Shown here: positions 1 to 10,513 of the stretch, one piece after another
Numbering within the stretch: the first letter of the stretch is position 1
How the letters are laid out: the number at the start of each line of letters is the position of its first letter
From: Alphaproteobacteria bacterium
GTDB taxonomy: Bacteria; Pseudomonadota; Alphaproteobacteria; Micropepsales; Micropepsaceae
DNA: 64,000 nucleotides
Reading direction: 5' to 3'
Assembly (NCBI GenBank): GCA_003139615.1
Contig: PLJH01000134.1
Span: 3,705 to 67,704, forward strand
The notes under the pieces: generated by a model
What the model saw: the letters and a program-made list of their open reading frames with translations, nothing else
Database searches by the model: none
Told to the model about the DNA's origin: nothing
Program-made: the position numbers and the translations under genes

Positions 1-128
1 TCGATCATCCGGGAGTGGTCTGCACGGCCGATTACTACAATCGTATTCACCCGGAACTGACGAAGATGATCGGCCTTCTCGGCGCGCAGGTTCTCTACAA
101 GGAAGCACCGGAAGGTCGGGGGCGCTGA
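1..128 (+). CDS. 3' end of a CDS truncated by the window edge
   Basis: Open frame from position 3 (DHPGVVCTADYYNRIHPELTKMIGLLG...) ending at TGA 126-128; product not identifiable. Confidence 0.5.
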   Translation, partial: DHPGVVCTADYYNRIHPELTKMIGLLGAQVLYKEAPEGRGR

Positions 129-234
129 TCGCGGCGGATTTGGTCAAAACTGAGGACGCACAGCGTCATCGGCGGGATTTACCCTCGCGGCGAAACCGCC
201 GACAGTTTTGCGATCGCGCTCCGGAATGCAGCCC

Positions 235-1983
235 ATGGCTTACGACATCGTCATACGCGGCGGCAGGATCATCGACGGGACGGGCGTACCCGAGCGCGTC
301 GCCGACGTGGCCGTGCAGGGCGACCGGATCGTCGAGATCGGTGAGGTCTCGGGCGCCGCGCGCGAAACCTTTGATGCCGCTGGGCTGGTCGTCGCGCCGG
401 GCTTCGTCGACATCCACACGCATTACGACGCGCAGGCCTTCTGGGACCCCGCGCTCAGCCCGTCGTCGTTCCATGGCATCACGACAGTGGTCTGTGGCAA
501 TTGCGGCTACAGCATTGCGCCGCTGACCGGCGATCCGGCCGACAGCGATTATCTCATGCGCATGCTGGCGCGCGTCGAAGGCATGCCGATCGAAAGCCTC
601 GCTGCCGGCGTGCCTTGGAACTGGCGCTCGTTCGGCGAATATCTTGCGGCGCTGGACGGCACGCTCGCGCTCAATACGGCGTTCTTTGTCGGCCATTCCG
701 CCTTGCGCCGCGCGGTGATGGGACCGCGGGCAGTCGGCGAGTTCGCGAGCGACAACGAGATCGCGGCGATGCAATCGTTACTCCGCAAATCCATCGGCGA
801 GGGCGGGCTGGGGCTTTCGTCCACAATTGCGAAGGGCCATCTCGACGGCGACGGCAATGCCGTGCCGTCGTGCCATGCGGATGACAAAGAGCGATACGCG
901 CTCGCAAGCGTGCTCAGCGAGTTCGAAGGCACTGCCCTGGAGTTCCTCCCCAACATCTTCGCGGAATTCGACGAGAGCGAACTGGCGCGCATGACGAATA
1001 TGTCGTTGGCGGCGAAGCGCCCGCTCAACTGGAACCTGCTGCTGCCGGATTCCGCGGCACCCTCGAAACACCTTATGCAGCTTGCCGCAAGCGATTACGC
1101 GGAGGCGCGCGGCGCGCGCATTTACGCGCTGGCATCATGTCAGCCGCCGCGCGCGCGCTGCAACCTGATCAGCGGGCAGGTGTTCGAGATCCTGCCCGAA
1201 TGGGCGGAGTTGCTCGCGTTGCCTTTGCCGGAGCGCATGCGCCGCCTGCGCGATCCTGCAATTCGCAAGCTGCTGGCCGCGAGCCGGCACGAACATCTTC
1301 CGGAAGCCATGCGTGCCTATTTCGAATGGGACAAGTGGACCATCGCCGAGGCCTATCTCGCGCTCAACAAGCATCTCGAAGGCAAGACGCTCGCCGAGCT
1401 CGGTCGCGTGCAGCACAAAACCGCTCTCGATGCGCTGATCGATCTGGCATTGTCGGAAGATTTGAAGACCTCGTTCTCGCCGCCGTCGCCCGGTGAAGAC
1501 GATGAGAGCTGGCGCTTGCGTGGGCAAAGCTGGTGCGACGCGCGCACGGTGATTGGCGGCTCGGATGCGGGCGCGCATCTCGATATGCTCGACACTTTTG
1601 CGTTCACGACGAAGGTACTGGGCGAGGGCGTGCGGCGGCGCGGGCTTCTCGATCTTCCCGAAGCGGTCCGGCAGATGACGCAGGTGCCGGCCGAATATCT
1701 GGGTCTGAACGAGCGCGGGATCTTACGCGAAGGCTACAAGGCCGACATTGTGGTGTTCGACGCCGACAAAGTCGATTGCGGCCCGATCTACACGCGCTAC
1801 GACCTGCCGGCCGGCGCGCCGCGGCTCTATGCCGATGCGATCGGCATTGCGCATGTGTTCGTGAACGGTCGCGAGATCGTGCGCGGCAGGGAGTTTTTGG
1901 GCGATTTTCCGGGACGCGTGCTGCGCTCCGGTACCGACACGCACACCGTATCGATCCCCGGCGCGCCGGGACAGCGGATATGA
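235..1983 (+). CDS. N-acyl-D-amino-acid deacylase (D-aminoacylase) family amidohydrolase
   Basis: YDIVIRGGRIIDGTG start, PGFVDIHTHYD metal motif, GSDAGAH, GILREGYKADIVVFD; start could be 226 or 235. Confidence 0.9.
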   Translation: MAYDIVIRGGRIIDGTGVPERVADVAVQGDRIVEIGEVSGAARETFDAAGLVVAPGFVDIHTHYDAQAFWDPALSPSSFHGITTVVCGNCGYSIAPLTGDPADSDYLMRMLARVEGMPIESLAAGVPWNWRSFGEYLAALDGTLALNTAFFVGHSALRRAVMGPRAVGEFASDNEIAAMQSLLRKSIGEGGLGLSSTIAKGHLDGDGNAVPSCHADDKERYALASVLSEFEGTALEFLPNIFAEFDESELARMTNMSLAAKRPLNWNLLLPDSAAPSKHLMQLAASDYAEARGARIYALASCQPPRARCNLISGQVFEILPEWAELLALPLPERMRRLRDPAIRKLLAASRHEHLPEAMRAYFEWDKWTIAEAYLALNKHLEGKTLAELGRVQHKTALDALIDLALSEDLKTSFSPPSPGEDDESWRLRGQSWCDARTVIGGSDAGAHLDMLDTFAFTTKVLGEGVRRRGLLDLPEAVRQMTQVPAEYLGLNERGILREGYKADIVVFDADKVDCGPIYTRYDLPAGAPRLYADAIGIAHVFVNGREIVRGREFLGDFPGRVLRSGTDTHTVSIPGAPGQRI

Positions 1984-3155
1984 TGGAGATGACTGTGACT
2001 CAAGCTGCCAAGAAGATTTCCGTGAAACCCATCTCCGCAGATTCGCATGTCACCGAACCGCCCGGCTGTTACGTCGACCATATCGAGAAGAAATATCGCG
2101 ATACTGCGCCCCGCATCCAGCGGCGCGACGACGGTACGGAGATGTTTGTCATCGACGGCATGGCGAAGCCCGTGCCGCTGGGATTGATCTCGGCAGCCGG
2201 AAAGCCGCCTTTGGCCGCGAAGCAGGAGTTGCCGTTCTCGGAACTGCATCGCGGAGGCTGGGATCCGAAGGCGCGCACCGCCGACCAGGATCGCGACGGC
2301 ATCGCAGGCGAAGTGCTTTATGCGTCGATCGGCATGGTGCTGTGCGGCCATTCCGATCCGCATTACAAGCAGGCTTGCTTCGACGCTTACAATCGCTGGC
2401 TCTCGGAAGAGTTCGTCGCGGGCGCGCCGGACAGGCTCTATGGCATGGCGCAGACGGCGATCCTTTCGGTCGACGACGCCGTGCGCGATTTCCGCAAGTT
2501 CAAGGAGATGGGCTTCAAGGGTGTGATGATGCCGGGCGAACCGGCGACGGATGTGTCCTACGATCATCCGGATTTCGACCCCTTGTGGCGCACGGCCGTC
2601 GAGCTTGGATTGCCCATTGGATTCCACATTCTCACCACGCGGCAGGACGGGCTTTCGGCGTTGAACGAAATCGGCAAGCGCAGCGGTTCGCTGTCGCCGA
2701 TGATCGCCGGCTGGCAGCGCGGCATGTCGCTGGTGGGCGCGATCCAGAACATCATCGCGCAATTCATCTGGGGAGGCGTGTTCGAGCGTCATCCCGAATT
2801 GAAGATGATCTGTGTCGAGGCCGATGCCGGCTGGGCGCCTTACTTCGCGCATCGCATGGATCATGTTTATAACGGCTATCGTCATCTGCTCGGCGGCGAG
2901 AAGATGGCGCGACTGCCCAGCGAATATTTCTTCGAGAATGTTTATCTCACGTTTCAGAGCGACCGCATCGCGTTCCAGACCGCGCATCTCGCGAACCCGC
3001 ACCGTTTCCTGTGGGCCAGCGATTTCCCGCACGGCGATTCGACCTGGCCGAACAGCATTCAACAAATCGAATCGATGACGTCGAACTTGTCGGATGAATT
3101 GCGGAACATGATCATCCGGGAGAACGTGACGGAGTTGTATGGGTTGAAGAATTAA
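1980..3155 (+). CDS. Amidohydrolase_2 family protein
   Basis: ISADSHVTEP, GFHILT, VEADAGW and WASDFPHGD motifs; ATGA overlap with the upstream stop. Confidence 0.88.
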   Translation: MMEMTVTQAAKKISVKPISADSHVTEPPGCYVDHIEKKYRDTAPRIQRRDDGTEMFVIDGMAKPVPLGLISAAGKPPLAAKQELPFSELHRGGWDPKARTADQDRDGIAGEVLYASIGMVLCGHSDPHYKQACFDAYNRWLSEEFVAGAPDRLYGMAQTAILSVDDAVRDFRKFKEMGFKGVMMPGEPATDVSYDHPDFDPLWRTAVELGLPIGFHILTTRQDGLSALNEIGKRSGSLSPMIAGWQRGMSLVGAIQNIIAQFIWGGVFERHPELKMICVEADAGWAPYFAHRMDHVYNGYRHLLGGEKMARLPSEYFFENVYLTFQSDRIAFQTAHLANPHRFLWASDFPHGDSTWPNSIQQIESMTSNLSDELRNMIIRENVTELYGLKN

Positions 3156-3301
3156 ACCACCCGCCCCTTGAGGGCGGGTCGAAGGCTTTCTTTGAGCGAC
3201 AGCGAAAAGAAAACTTCGGGGCGGGGTGATGCTTCAACATTCTCCCTCCCCGAAAAATTCCAAAGGAATTTTTCGACCCTCCCACAATGGAGGGTGGGAA
3301 T
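3156..3301. repeat. RIME/REP-like multi-hairpin intergenic element
   Basis: Hairpins ACCCGCCCC/GGGCGGGT, GAAAAATTCC/GGAATTTTTC and ACCCTCC/GGAGGGT between convergent genes; may double as a terminator. Confidence 0.75.
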
Positions 3302-3305
3302 AAAA

Positions 3306-4652
3306 TCACGCCCCATGCGCGGCGAGGTAATGCTCCAGCCAGTGGATGTGATAGTCGCCGTTTAAGATATCCGGATCGCGAACGAGTTGCTGGAAGAGCG
3401 GGATCGTGGTGTCGATGCCGCCCACCACGAGTTCGTCGAGCGAGCGGCGCAGGCGCATCAGGCATTCGTTGCGATTCTTGCCATGCACCACAAGCTTGCC
3501 GATGAGGCTGTCGTAATAGGGCGGGACGCGATAGCCGGAATAGATTCCGGAATCGAAGCGCACGCCCAATCCGCCCGGCGCGTGGAATTGCGTGATCGTG
3601 CCGGGTGACGGCTGGAAGGTGAACGGATTTTCCGCATTGATGCGGCATTCGATGGCGTGGCCCGAAATCACGATGTCGCTTTGATCGAATTCGATCGCGC
3701 CGCCGGCCGCAATGCGGATCTGCTCGCGCACAATGTCGATGCCGGTGATCGCCTCCGACACGGGATGCTCGACCTGCAGGCGCGTATTCATCTCGATGAA
3801 ATAGAACGCACCGTCCTCGAACAGAAACTCCACCGTGCCTGCGCCCAGATAACCAAGTTTGGTGAGCGCGTTGGTGACGACTTTGCCGATGGATTCCCGC
3901 TGCGCTTCGTTGAGCGCGGGCGAGGGCGCTTCTTCCCACAGTTTCTGATGCCGGCGCTGCAGCGAGCAATCGCGCTCGCCCAGATGCACGACCTTGCCGA
4001 ACGAATCCGCCAGCACCTGCACTTCGATGTGCCGCGGCCGCTCGAGGTATTTTTCCAAATAGATTGCATCGTCGCCGAACGCGCTTTTCGCTTCGGCGCG
4101 CGCGGTGGCAAGTGCGAAACTCAGATCCTCGGGCTTGCGCGCAACCTTCATGCCGCGCCCGCCGCCGCCCGCCGCCGCCTTCACCAGAACGGGAAAGCCG
4201 ATTTCGGCAGCGATGATCTGTGCGTCGCGATCGGAGCCGACTGCGCCGTCGGAACCCGGCACGGTCGGAATACCGAGACTTTTGACGGCCTGCTTCGCCG
4301 CGATCTTGTCGCCCATCAACCTGATATGTTCGGGCCGCGGGCCGATGAAGGTGATGCCGTGCTCGGCCACGATCTCGGCGAAGCGCGCATTCTCGGAGAG
4401 GAACCCGTAACCGGGATGGATCGCTTCCGCGCCGGTGATTTCGCACGCCGCGATGATCTGCGGGATGTTGAGATAGCTCTGCGTCGCGGAAGGCGGCCCG
4501 ATGCAGACGCTCTCGTCGGCGAGGCGCACATGCATCGCTTCGGCGTCCGCGGTCGAATGCACCGCGACAGTGGAGATCCCCATCTCCTTGCAGGCGCGGT
4601 TGATGCGGAGCGCGATCTCGCCGCGATTGGCAATCAGGATTTTTTCGAACAT
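3306..4652 (-). CDS. accC: Acetyl-CoA carboxylase, biotin carboxylase subunit
   Basis: MFEKILIANRGEIA, HPGYGFLSEN, GGGGRGM, FIEMNTRLQVEHPV. Confidence 0.98.
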   Translation of the reverse strand: MFEKILIANRGEIALRINRACKEMGISTVAVHSTADAEAMHVRLADESVCIGPPSATQSYLNIPQIIAACEITGAEAIHPGYGFLSENARFAEIVAEHGITFIGPRPEHIRLMGDKIAAKQAVKSLGIPTVPGSDGAVGSDRDAQIIAAEIGFPVLVKAAAGGGGRGMKVARKPEDLSFALATARAEAKSAFGDDAIYLEKYLERPRHIEVQVLADSFGKVVHLGERDCSLQRRHQKLWEEAPSPALNEAQRESIGKVVTNALTKLGYLGAGTVEFLFEDGAFYFIEMNTRLQVEHPVSEAITGIDIVREQIRIAAGGAIEFDQSDIVISGHAIECRINAENPFTFQPSPGTITQFHAPGGLGVRFDSGIYSGYRVPPYYDSLIGKLVVHGKNRNECLMRLRRSLDELVVGGIDTTIPLFQQLVRDPDILNGDYHIHWLEHYLAAHGA

Positions 4653-4653
4653 C

Positions 4654-5169
4654 TCAGTTTATGATGAGCAGCGCCTGGCCGAATTCGATCGGTTGCGCGT
4701 CGTGAATGCAGATTTCGCTGATTGTGCCGCCGCGCGGCGCGAGAATGGGGTTCATCGTCTTCATCGCTTCGACGATGAGCAGCGTGTCGCCTTCCTTCAC
4801 CACATCGCCCACTTTGACGAAGGGCGGCTTCGAGGGTTCCGGCGCGAGATAGACCGTGCCGACCATGGGCGAGGTGACGGTGCCTGCGGAATGGCCCTCA
4901 CGTTTTGGTGCCGGCGCATCGGCGGCGGCCGCGTTCGGTGCAATCGGTGCCGCATTCGGCGCATGCCCTTCGACATGCGCAATCGGCGACAGCTGGCGCG
5001 ACACGCGAATGCGCTGGCCGTTATGCTCGACTTCGATTTCCGTCAGCCCGGTTTCGGCCAGCAGCTCTGCCAACTCGCGCACCGCGCCCGAATCGATGGC
5101 CATGTTCGCCTTCGATTTCCCGCCATTCGAAAGCCTGGCGCCTAGTTCCTTCACGTCCTTGATGTTCAT
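4654..5169 (-). CDS. accB: Acetyl-CoA carboxylase, biotin carboxyl carrier protein
   Basis: SPMVGT and EAMKTMN biotinylation motif; alternative start at 5103. Confidence 0.95.
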   Translation of the reverse strand: MNIKDVKELGARLSNGGKSKANMAIDSGAVRELAELLAETGLTEIEVEHNGQRIRVSRQLSPIAHVEGHAPNAAPIAPNAAAADAPAPKREGHSAGTVTSPMVGTVYLAPEPSKPPFVKVGDVVKEGDTLLIVEAMKTMNPILAPRGGTISEICIHDAQPIEFGQALLIIN

Positions 5170-5174
5170 TCCGT

Positions 5175-5645
5175 TCAATCCTTGAGGAGACCCGCCAGCG
5201 CGTCGATCGCCAGCAGATATCCGGTCGCGCCAAGCCCGCAGATCACTCCGGTCGCGGCCTCGCTGATATAGGAACGCCTGCGATAGGGCTCCCGCCTATA
5301 GGGATTCGAGAGGTGAACCTCAATAAGGGGCTTGTCGAGCGCCCTGGCCGCATCCAGCAGGGAAACCGAGGTATGGCTGAGGCCGGCGGCGTTTAAAATG
5401 ACCCCGGACGCCATGGTTCGGGCCTCCTGCAGCCAGTCGATCAGCTCGCCTTCGTGATTTGAGTGACGGAACGTCACCGAAAACCCGTGGGTCTTGGCCC
5501 GCTCAGCCACGGCCTTTCCGATCTCGGCCAGGGTCGCGCGGCCATAAACCTCGGGCTCGCGGGTCCCCAGGAGATTGAGATTCGGCCCATTGAGGACATA
5601 TATCGGCAAGGCCCCTGTTGTTTTGCCTGGGGTTTTGCGGGCCAC
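5175..5645 (-). CDS. aroQ: Type II 3-dehydroquinate dehydratase
   Basis: VLNGPNLNLLGTREPEVYG, SNHEGELID, EVHLSN; GTG start approximate. Confidence 0.95.
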   Translation of the reverse strand: MARKTPGKTTGALPIYVLNGPNLNLLGTREPEVYGRATLAEIGKAVAERAKTHGFSVTFRHSNHEGELIDWLQEARTMASGVILNAAGLSHTSVSLLDAARALDKPLIEVHLSNPYRREPYRRRSYISEAATGVICGLGATGYLLAIDALAGLLKD

Positions 5646-5726
5646 GGAGCCTCCGGTTAACGCTGTGCTTCGGGCGTTATAATGGTCCTTGGCGGCCACG
5701 GAAACATCAAAGCGGGAAAAGGCTTT

Positions 5727-6725
5727 ATGGCGGTGCAGGTGACCATCAACGGTGAAGACCGGCAACTCGAGGGCCCGGTGAACATCCGCGAGCTCGTTTC
5801 CGGCCTGGGCCTCGACCCCGCGAAGATCGCGGTTGAGCGCAATCTCGAGATCGTGCCGCGCTCGGCTTACGCGGCCGTGATGGTTGCGCCGGGCGACCGA
5901 TTCGAGATCGTGCATTTCATCGGCGGCGGCAACGCACCGGTCGAGCCGCCGCGTGTCGACACGCCGTTCGTCATAGCCGGCAAGACTTATCGCTCGCGCC
6001 TCATCATCGGCACAGGCAAATACAAGAACTATGCCGAGAACGCGGCGGCACTCGAAGCATCGGGTGCCGAGATCGTGACCGTCGCGGTGCGCCGCGTGAA
6101 TCTCACCGATCCAAACCAGCCGAAGCTGATCGATTTCATCGACCCGAAGAAAGTGACCTATCTGCCCAACACCGCCGGTTGCTTTACCGGCGAAGATGCC
6201 GTGCGCACCTTGCGCCTCGCGCGCGAGGCTGGCGGTTGGACTCTGGTGAAGCTGGAAGTGCTGGGCGAGAAGAAGCTGCTCTATCCCGACATGCTGGAAA
6301 CATTGCGCGCAACCGAGATGCTGACGAAAGACGGCTTCCAGGTGATGGTCTATTGCAGCGACGATCCTCTCATGGCGAAACGGCTGGAGGATATGGGCGC
6401 GGTGGCGATCATGCCGCTGGCGTCGCCCATTGGCTCCGGCATGGGCATTCAGAGCACGATCAACATCCGCATGATCATCGAGGACGCGAAAGTGCCGGTC
6501 ATCGTGGATGCGGGCATCGGCACGGCGTCGGATGCGGCGGTGGCGATGGAGCTCGGCTGCGATGCGGTGATCACAAACACCGGCATCGCGCATGCGAAAG
6601 ACCCCGTGATGATGGCCGCGGCCATGAAGCATGCGGTGGAGGCGGGCAGGCTGGCGTGGCTCGCGGGGCGTATGCCGAAGAAAGCTTACGCCGATCCCTC
6701 GAGCCCGCTCGCGGGATTGATTTGA
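5727..6725 (+). CDS. thiG: Fused ThiS-ThiG (sulfur carrier plus thiazole synthase)
   Basis: N-terminal ThiS ([11 protein letters not shown]...EIVHFIGGG) in frame with ThiG ([25 protein letters not shown]). Confidence 0.95.
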   Translation: MAVQVTINGEDRQLEGPVNIRELVSGLGLDPAKIAVERNLEIVPRSAYAAVMVAPGDRFEIVHFIGGGNAPVEPPRVDTPFVIAGKTYRSRLIIGTGKYKNYAENAAALEASGAEIVTVAVRRVNLTDPNQPKLIDFIDPKKVTYLPNTAGCFTGEDAVRTLRLAREAGGWTLVKLEVLGEKKLLYPDMLETLRATEMLTKDGFQVMVYCSDDPLMAKRLEDMGAVAIMPLASPIGSGMGIQSTINIRMIIEDAKVPVIVDAGIGTASDAAVAMELGCDAVITNTGIAHAKDPVMMAAAMKHAVEAGRLAWLAGRMPKKAYADPSSPLAGLI

Positions 6726-8170
6726 CGACCGAACGCGCGGCGAAGCTTGAGGCCGCGCTTGCAGCCGTGGAACACAAGCTGGTGCAGTCGCCGGATGTGC
6801 TCGATCTGTTGTTCGAGAAGGCGCAGCTGCTCTCATTGTTGGGGCAGGATGCGGACGCGCAGGCGGCCTATCTCGCCGTGTTGCAGCGCGACCAGACGCA
6901 TTTCGGCGCGCTGACGAATCTCGCATCGCTTGCGCTCTCATCCGGCCATCGCTCCGCGGCGTTGACCGCGTATCGTCAGGCGGCGGAAACGCACCCCAAT
7001 AATCCGACAGCCCTCATCAATTATGCGGGCGCATTGCTCGACGACGGCAACGCGGGTGAGGCGCGCGGGTTCTACGAGGCAGCGCTCAAGATCGGTCCCG
7101 CGTGTGCGGAAGCGCATCAGGGGCTGGCGCGCGCGCTTGAAGCGTTGGGAGACGGCGAAGCGGCCGCACCGCATTGGCGCGCGGGGTTCGCGGGGCACAA
7201 CATTGTCGAATGTCCTTATCGCGGGCGCGGCACGGCGCCGCGCGTCCTCCTTCTCGTCTCGGTTCGCAGCGGCAACATCCCGACGCATCTGATCCTCGAC
7301 GATCGGATGTTCGCCGTGACGGCGCTCTATGCCGAATTCTACGACGCGGCAAAGCCGTTGCCCGAGCACGATGTTCTGTTCAACGCGATCGGCGACGCCG
7401 ATTTGTGCGGCGAGGGGCTCGCAAAAGCGCGCGAGATCGTATCGCGCAGCCGCGCGCCCTTGATCAATCCGCCCGAAAGAGTCGTTCCCACAGGCCGCAG
7501 TGAGAATGCGAAACGTCTCGGACATCTCGACGGCGTGATCGCACCGAAGGTCGAGACGGTTTTCCGGAATATTCTTGTTTCGCCTGACGGCCCCGCACAC
7601 CTCGCGCAAGCCGGATTCGAATTCCCACTTCTGCTGCGTGCGCCGGGCTTTCACACAGGCCGGCATTTCGCGCGAGTCGAGCATGCGGATGATCTCGCCT
7701 CCGCGGCCCGACAAATGCCGGGCGAAACGGTGCTCGCGATTCAGTATCTCGACGCAGCGGGCGCGGACGGTCTTGCGCGCAAATACCGCGTGATGTTCAT
7801 CGACGGAAGATTCTATCCCGTGCACATGGCTGCGTCGCGCGACTGGAAGGTGCACTACGTCACCTCCGACATGGCAAGCCGGCTCGATCTGCGGACCGAG
7901 GAAGAAAAGTTTCTCAATGCCATGCCCGAAGTTCTCGGTCGCCGCACGATGGCTGCGCTGACGCGCATTCGCGATGCGCTTGGTCTCGACTATGGCGGCG
8001 TCGATTTTGCCGTGGCGCGTGACGGCAGCCTGCTGTTGTTCGAGGCCAACGCCACGATGACCATTCTTCCGCCCGGCCCCGACCCGATGTGGGACTATCG
8101 CCGCAGTGCCATCGCGCGCGTTCTCGATGCAGCGCGTCAGCTCGTGATCGACAGAGCGGTGTTGCGCTGA
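6722..8170 (+). CDS. TPR-repeat protein with C-terminal ATP-grasp (RimK-like) domain
   Basis: N-terminal TPR-like helices; C-terminal [10 protein letters not shown] and [10 protein letters not shown]...LFEANATM; TTG start overlaps the thiG stop. Confidence 0.8.
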   Translation: MTTERAAKLEAALAAVEHKLVQSPDVLDLLFEKAQLLSLLGQDADAQAAYLAVLQRDQTHFGALTNLASLALSSGHRSAALTAYRQAAETHPNNPTALINYAGALLDDGNAGEARGFYEAALKIGPACAEAHQGLARALEALGDGEAAAPHWRAGFAGHNIVECPYRGRGTAPRVLLLVSVRSGNIPTHLILDDRMFAVTALYAEFYDAAKPLPEHDVLFNAIGDADLCGEGLAKAREIVSRSRAPLINPPERVVPTGRSENAKRLGHLDGVIAPKVETVFRNILVSPDGPAHLAQAGFEFPLLLRAPGFHTGRHFARVEHADDLASAARQMPGETVLAIQYLDAAGADGLARKYRVMFIDGRFYPVHMAASRDWKVHYVTSDMASRLDLRTEEEKFLNAMPEVLGRRTMAALTRIRDALGLDYGGVDFAVARDGSLLLFEANATMTILPPGPDPMWDYRRSAIARVLDAARQLVIDRAVLR

Positions 8171-8171
8171 G

Positions 8172-8570
8172 ATCACTGCGAAAAATGCGTTCCGAAAAAT
8201 ACATGCAAGAAAGCCCGAAATCTCTCGCTTTTTCGCGAAAATAACAGGCGACGGTCGCCTGTTTCTTTGCCTATTATCGGCCTGTTCGTCGCCTGTTATC
8301 CGCTTGTTTCGCAAACCGGACACAGCGATGCAATCGCGCAACAGATTCGCGTCTCGTTCGGCATTCTCCCCTGTTAAACAGGCGAAATAACAGGGGAGAC
8401 TTCTGGTGCGATGCGTGAGCGCAATTCGCACCACCGGTTTTCCTCCCCCGCATGCGGGGGAGGTGGATCGCGCGCGATAGCGCGCGAGACGAAAGGGGCC
8501 ACTCGGCGTTGGCCCCCATCGACGCGCTTCGCGCGCCACTTCCCCCGTAAACGGGGGAAGAAAAGAGATA
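8172..8570. repeat. Composite ~400-bp non-coding element (RIME-like hairpins plus ACAGGC/GCCTGT short repeats)
   Basis: Reverse-complement homologue of 45180-45555; hairpins CCCCCGCATGCGGGGG and CCCCCGTAAACGGGGG. Confidence 0.8.
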
Positions 8571-8821
8571 GCTCCATTCATCTCTTCAATGGAATAGCAA
8601 TCGTCGAAGCGGAATCAATGCAGCCGGCAAAATAAAGTTGGAACAAACCTCGCACAATTGCGAAGATTATTCTGGAAGATCAATGGGCTGGAAGTGAATC
8701 GCAAACGCCGATGCGATTGCGAACGTTGCGTGCATGATTTTGAGACGCAAGCGGTTTGCGTGCCGCTCAACCGATAGAGCCGCAATCGGATAGATGTTAC
8801 GATTGGCCCGTCGCCAAGCGT

Positions 8822-9673
8822 ATGAAGACCATGCCGGTTGTCCTCGACCCACTGCTGACGCACATCGTTCCCCGGCTGGCAGAAGTGCCGGGCGTTGTCG
8901 GTATCGTTCTCGGCGGTTCACGTGCCAGAGGCACGGCGCATGCGGCGTCCGATTACGACATCGGGATCTATTACGGTCCGGACAAGCCGCTGGACACTGC
9001 GTGCCTGTTGAACGTCGCGAGAGACCTGGTCGATGACTCCAGCGCTGCCGCGATAACGCCGGTCGGCGGCTGGGGACCTCGCATCGTCGGCGGCGGATGG
9101 TTGTCGATCGAAGGCCGTGAAGTCGACCTGTTGTATCGCGGTATTGAACCTGTTCGGGCCGTCATCTCTGCCTGCCGCGCGGGGCAAATCTCCATGGACT
9201 ACCAGCCCGGACATCCACACGGCTTTTGCTCTGCGATTTGGATGGGGGAAGTCGCACTTTGCCGGCCATTGCATGATCCCCACAGAGCGATCGCGGAACT
9301 GAAAGCCTTGACCTCGCCATATCCCGAAAAACTCAGGGAGGCCCTGCTGAAGACCTTCCTGTGGGAGGTCCTCTTCAGTATAGAGAACGGCGAGATTGCG
9401 ATTGCGCGCGGCGAGCAGACCCACATCGCCGGATGCGTATACCGGGCGCTCAGCTGCATCGGACAGGTCTTGTTCGCTCTGAACCGGCGTTACCTGATTA
9501 ACGAGAAGGGTGCTTTGGCAGAGGCGTCCGGGTTTCCTTCTACCATACCCGATCTATTGGACCGGACGAACAGCACATGGGCGGCGATTGGGCGGTCCGA
9601 GTTCGCGGCTGCTCTCTCCGATCTGAGGACACTCGATGAGGAACTGCGGGCGCTGGCGGCGACGACAGTCTGA
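8822..9673 (+). CDS. Nucleotidyltransferase (Pol-beta-like) domain protein, probably with DUF4037
   Basis: LGGSRARG...SDYDIGIY GS-x10-DxD motif; EVDLLYR. Confidence 0.85.
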   Translation: MKTMPVVLDPLLTHIVPRLAEVPGVVGIVLGGSRARGTAHAASDYDIGIYYGPDKPLDTACLLNVARDLVDDSSAAAITPVGGWGPRIVGGGWLSIEGREVDLLYRGIEPVRAVISACRAGQISMDYQPGHPHGFCSAIWMGEVALCRPLHDPHRAIAELKALTSPYPEKLREALLKTFLWEVLFSIENGEIAIARGEQTHIAGCVYRALSCIGQVLFALNRRYLINEKGALAEASGFPSTIPDLLDRTNSTWAAIGRSEFAAALSDLRTLDEELRALAATTV

Positions 9674-9876
9674 CGGAGCGAAGTTCGCAATGCCAGTTAC
9701 GGCGACATGATACAGATTTGCCTCAAACGTTGTGGTGCGATTGACGAGTCAATTCTTGATGCACTTACGTTTGCTCGTTCAATATACCCGCACCACTAAC
9801 TGGCAGCATATTCCGTATCGTGTTGCCGTAACTTATCTGCCCATAACTCCTCCGCGATGTGAAGGGCGAGCGGCTG

Positions 9877-9957
9877 TCAACGCCAGCGACGATAGCCCCA
9901 ATAGCCGCCGCCTCCGAAGAGCAGAAAGAGGACGACGATAACAAGAATGAGTTCCAT
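9877..9957 (-). CDS. 26-aa small membrane protein, DUF3309-like
   Basis: MELILVIVVLFLLFGGGGYWGYRRWR with a GGAGG Shine-Dalgarno upstream. Confidence 0.7.
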   Translation of the reverse strand: MELILVIVVLFLLFGGGGYWGYRRWR

Positions 9958-10248
9958 AGCTTCCTCCAGAACATGTGAGAGTGAACTCCACTCGGTAATC
10001 GCACATCGATTGTGAAAGCACCGCGACCGCCAATAGACGGATCCTGATGAGATAACGCGCCAATGCGGCTTTCGCCCCGTGTGACCGGCGATTTTCACTC
10101 GCTGGACGTATTGGCGGTGACCGAAACATCAAAAAGCAACGCCCTTGTCGAGGCCGGTCGCGGCGACAAGGATTCACCTTCGCTTGGTGACCGGTCATGG
10201 TGTCGGTCCAATGCGCATTAATTCAGCGGCCCGCTTACGCGCGGCAGC

Positions 10249-10467
10249 TCAAGCCACGTCGAACTTGTCCCGCAGTTCCCGCGCGATTTCGAACGCCCGA
10301 CGGCAGGCGATTTCATTGCCTTCCGTCTTCCAGGCCGCCTCCCAGTTCTGACCAAGAGGCCGGATGATCGCGACGCTGATGATGTGATCGCATGCCGGAA
10401 TCTTGCCCACTTCCGCCATGAGCAACTTGATGAGTTCGTCTTCCGTCTTCTTTTCCTTGGTCGCCAT
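10249..10467 (-). CDS. Small hypothetical protein (72 aa)
   Basis: MATKEKKTEDELIKLLMAEV...ELRDKFDVA; protein-like composition. Confidence 0.65.
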   Translation of the reverse strand: MATKEKKTEDELIKLLMAEVGKIPACDHIISVAIIRPLGQNWEAAWKTEGNEIACRRAFEIARELRDKFDVA

Positions 10468-10513
10468 CGCTGTTCCAGGCAAGGCTGCAGAAGCACTATA
10501 CGGATTTACGTGT

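Noticed and set aside
1533-1979. N-terminal extension of ORF 1533..3155
   Set aside because: Overlaps the upstream amidohydrolase in another frame; the real start is the ATGA overlap at 1980
6179-6721. N-terminal extension of ORF 6179..8170
   Set aside because: Alternate frame of thiG; TPR-like sequence begins at TTG 6722
5646-6941. N-terminal extension of ORF 5175..6941 (588 aa)
   Set aside because: Antisense shadow of thiS-thiG; only the last ~157 codons are AroQ
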